From assembly GCA_016748015.1 (NCBI GenBank), contig JAAOMT010000639.1, forward strand, positions 124,844 to 188,843: a DNA stretch of 64,000 nt, in the 5' to 3' direction. The DNA comes from Geosiphon pyriformis uo1. Its lineage: Eukaryota; Fungi; Glomeromycota. Below the pieces are notes generated by a model, which ran no database searches, was not told the origin of the DNA, and saw only the letters and a list, made by a program, of their open reading frames with translations. Every line of letters starts with the position of its first letter. The stretch's first letter is position 1. Below are positions 60,201 to 64,000 of this stretch, piece by piece. The position numbers and the translations under genes were made by a program.

Positions 60201-63200
60201 AAACAGATAATTTGACCTGGACCGACAACGAACAGGAAGAACCATCAAGTTGGGAGTAGAAAGAAGAAAAGGGAAAAGTGAAAGAGAGGGAGGAAGAAAA
60301 CACTCAAGCCAACAACACTTATATCTCATACACTTATGGTCAACAACAATCATTGATCTATCACTGATCCAAACTGATATGCATTGATTGCGGCAAGAAA
60401 TTGTCATCAATGGGCGTGTGCTGTGGCGACGATAAAGAATATCAGACGGCAACCAAGTTCTATTGCCGTGCATGCCATGTTGAACATTTTAGAAGACCAA
60501 AACAAGTGGGAAAATGGGATAATACACCATGTATAGCCTGTGGAGAAACTCTTCTTGACAAAGGAATGTGGAACAACATTTTGGAGAGAAGAGGAATATG
60601 TGACGTGTTCTACCAATACACGATCCTCATCAGTGACTGGGTCAAGAAAGAAACACCCATAGAAGCTGCCTGGAGAAGAGCTGTACAGTGATTGGACAGT
60701 TGTCCACATAACAATAATGAAATTTGGAGAATGGCAATCAGCAAAATAAAAGGAGTGACACCTAAAGAGATCAAAGAAATCAAAAACAACCCACCAGAAT
60801 CCAACAAGTTTGACTGAGACGCAGAGCCAGTCATAAATTTTCTGGAACCAGAAGAGTTCCATAAACACTACCAAAACTTGGCACTCACTAGAGAAGAGCA
60901 AGAACAACAGCTAGCACAGTTGAATACAAGACTGTGTCACCATTGTTTAATTCCCAGTGACTTTGAATATTGTGACAATTGTGATTGCATTTACAATCCA
61001 CCACCATGCATGATTTACACAATCCCTGAAGAGGAAGAGCCAATCAGCAGTTGCACATCGGAGTTGGAATTGCCACTCGATCCCAATTCAAACCCTGACA
61101 ATGACGATGATGAGAATAATGGTTCTAGCTCTGTTCAAAATGGCAATGACAAGGACAACAATATCAACTCAGATTCAAACTCCGACTCAAACTATGAACA
61201 ATATATTGCACTTTCTGACCTTACTAAGGAACAAGAACTGAAATGGTTCAGTGATAATAATAAAGGTATTATGCCAGAATGCATACATGATATTGATGCA
61301 GGATTTGATTTGAGATATCCAGGAACAGAAGCCATCAAATTGGAACCACATATGCGCATCTGCATCGATTTGAAAATAGCACTGGAAATTCCAGCAACAA
61401 CAATAGTTCAATTAGCATCTAGAAGTAGTTTAACAAAAAGAGGAATTAATATAAAAGGAGGAATAATTGATGTGGAATATGTGGAAAATATTATTGCTAT
61501 GCTACAAAATGACTCAAACAAGGCCTATATAATAGAGCTGAATGAAAAGATAGCACAGACAATATTTTTACCTTTGGTTAAGATAGTTCAGTTAGTACTG
61601 GTGAGAAACAGGGAAGAGTTAGGAATAACAGCAAAAGGGATACAGGGATTTGGGTCAACGGGTAGAATAGATGTACCAGTTAATATGGCAGAGGAAAAAA
61701 TTATTGGCCAAGGAGAAATTATTTCAACTGGCCAAGCTATTTTCATTCCACCATATAGCCAGTATATGCTAGCAATAGAAAAGAAAAAAAAAGAGCAAAA
61801 ACAGATTTTTGAAGCTAAAGCAAGCCTTTGTGAATCAGGAAAGATTGGACTGATCAATCTCTACATATCAGCCAAAAGCTATAGCCACATAAAAATTCCC
61901 ATCTACAACAACACTGGCAATGTCATCAACATACCAGAAGAAACCACCATTGGATATTTAACCACAGAAATAGAAGACCAACCACCAAACCCCATTCCAG
62001 ACTTTCCACAACTTTGTGGATATGTTAACATCACATCACAAACAATCTATGGACAAGATAAATGTTATTTACTCCAACCAAAACAATTGGAACAAATAAA
62101 CATGGGAAACTTAGATCCATTCCAACATATGCAGCTCAAAATGTTGCTCAACAATTTCAAAGACATCTTTGCCAGTGAAAACAAGTTTGGCCGAACTGAC
62201 ATCATTCAGCATTAGATCAAGACTGGAGATGTAATGCCAATCAAACAAAGAGCATACAGAGTGCCGCCAGCCAGCCACAAGATCATCCATCAAGAGATAA
62301 ACCGAATGCTTGACAATGGGCTAATTCAACCATCAATAAGCCCATGGTTGTTACCAGTAGTACTTGTTCGTAAAAAGAATGGGAAAATCTGATTTTGTGT
62401 GGACTACAGGAAACTCAACAGTGTAATGCGTGGAGACAGCTATCCAACTCCACAAATACAGAAATTATTCGACACTTTTGGTGGGAACAAATGGTTTTCA
62501 ACATAAGACTTGGACAGTGGTTATTGGCAAGTAGCTATGAATCCAGCTGACAAAGAGAAGACAGTATTCACCACTAGAGAAGGGAATTTTGAATTTGAAG
62601 TGATGCCATTTGGGTTAACCAACACACCAGCCACTTTTCAACAGCTAATGAAAATTGTCTATACTGGCTTATTGTGGAAATCAGTAGTTGTATACTTGGA
62701 CAACACCAATGTATTCTCAAAAACATTTGATGATCATCTTCATCATCTTCAACAAATGTTTGAAAAACTAAGAAGAGCACAGCTAAAGTTAAATGCAACA
62801 AAGTGCTTCTTTAGCAAGACAGAGCTAAAATTCTTGGGACACATAGTCAATAAAGATGGCATCAAAACGGATCCAGAGAAAATAAAAATAGTAAAGAACT
62901 TTCCAGTACCAACCAATGTGACTAAATTGAAATCATTCTTGGGATTTGCGAGCTATTATTGACACTTTATAAAAAACTTTTCAAAGATAGCTCAACCACT
63001 CAATAATCTGCAAACCAAGAATACCAAATATGAATGGACAGAAAGTCAACAAGAAGCTTTTGATATTCTCAAAAGAAAGCTCATTCAAGCTCTAGTACTG
63101 ATCTATTCAGATCACAACAAACCATTCATCATTACTACTGATGCATCAAGCCAAGCATTGGGAGCAGTATTATCTCAGAGAGGACCAGACGGCAGAGAAC

Positions 63201-63496
63201 ATCTAGTAGCATATGCCAGCAGAGGTTTAACACCAGCTGAAAAGAACTATGGAACACCAGAACAAGAACACTTAGCAATATACTGAACAGTCATGAAATG
63301 GAAAGAATACTTGAGCCAAAAGTTTGAAGTATACACAGATCACAAGGGATTAACATCACTCCAAAAACAAGAATTTGGAGATGGAAGACAGTCAAGATAG
63401 AAAATGGCACTTACACCATACAATTATATTATACATTACAAAAAAGGAAAAGACAATGGAAATGCTGATGGTTTGTCATAAATGAGACAAATCTAA
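57290..63496 (+). pseudogene. E5 gag, PR, Cys-rich domain, dUTPase, RT, RNase H polyprotein (about 2069 codons, one frame, nonsense mutations)
   Basis: ORF pieces at 57290, 58484, 59327, 59891, 60401, 60878 and 62510 are all in the same frame as the final MRQI*. Confidence 0.92.
61240..61670 (+). pseudogene. dUTPase domain of E5
   Basis: All five trimeric dUTPase motifs: AGFDL, RSSL, GGIIDVEYVE (decayed G.ID.GY.G), EKIAQ, KGIQGFGSTG. Confidence 0.92.
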
Positions 63497-63558
63497 GAAC
63501 ATTTTAACACAAAAATATAACAAAACCAGAACAATACCAACAAAAAATGTAACAAAAG

Positions 63559-64000
63559 ATGAACATACAAAAATATCAACAACTGCAACATTATATAAAC
63601 ACTCAACAGTTCAAGGAGAATTTATCTTAAACAGAATAAAAGAGTATCAAACAACAATCAAAATATTTTATCACTCACCAAAATATACTTTATCGAAAAA
63701 ATAGAAAAAATCTAGATTAACCAACCAGAGTAGTTACAGAACCAGAAAAAGAGACAATATTATTTAACATGCACTCAAATCCAACAGCAGGACATTTTCA
63801 CAAAAAAGCAACCATGGAAAGAACCAGAAAAAGATACTATTGGCCATCAATGTATTCAGACATCATCCAATATGTTTAAAATTGTGATGCTTGTCAGCAA
63901 AGAGGGGGTATAAAACCCAGTAAACCATTAAAACCAATTAAAGTAGGACAACCATTTGACTGTATTGGAATTGATCTAGTCGAACCATTAACAATTACCA
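63559..64000 (+). pseudogene. E5 integrase N-terminus, separate ORF with an ATG (truncated by the window)
   Basis: MNIQKYQQLQHYIN..MHSNPTAGHF..YYWP..CDACQQR..GIDLV; in a different frame from RT-RH. Confidence 0.9.

Larger units (their letters stand above)
56341..64000 (+). mobile_element. Ty3/gypsy element E5 (family A), inserted in E4 gag; continues beyond the window
   Basis: 5' LTR 56341-57227, PBS 57230-57247, single-frame gag-pol, start of integrase; left flank ATGT. Confidence 0.94.

Overview
Eukaryotic, very AT-rich window made almost entirely of nested, point-mutated retrotransposons. It looks fungal. The element types and the 76-nt intron fit a Glomeromycotina/Mucoromycota-type genome, but that is inference only. 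The only host gene seen is the 5' end of a minus-strand gene at 1-212 with a GC-AG intron. From about 2765 to the window end, everything sits inside one old antisense LINE (L0: 2765-4670, 37912-39073, 45862-47330). L0 received three plus-strand RNase H-bearing LINEs (L3, L2, L1) and Ty3/gypsy element E4, which itself hosts E5. L2 is split by a 25-kb stack: E1 contains E2, E2 contains E3, and two LTR-like pieces run into a 215-N gap. The gypsy elements form two families (A: E1, E2, E4, E5; B: E3). They share TGTTAC...GTAACA termini, 4-bp TSDs and an 18-nt PBS. Their layout is unusual: gag-PR-(Cys-rich)-[dUTPase, family A]-RT-RNase H ends in a stop; integrase follows as a separate ORF with its own start; a TATA box then precedes a fast-evolving, non-Env ~210-aa ORF3 that runs up to the PPT. 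All copies show almost purely C>T/G>A decay. All domain calls come from reading motifs by eye; no database searches were run.
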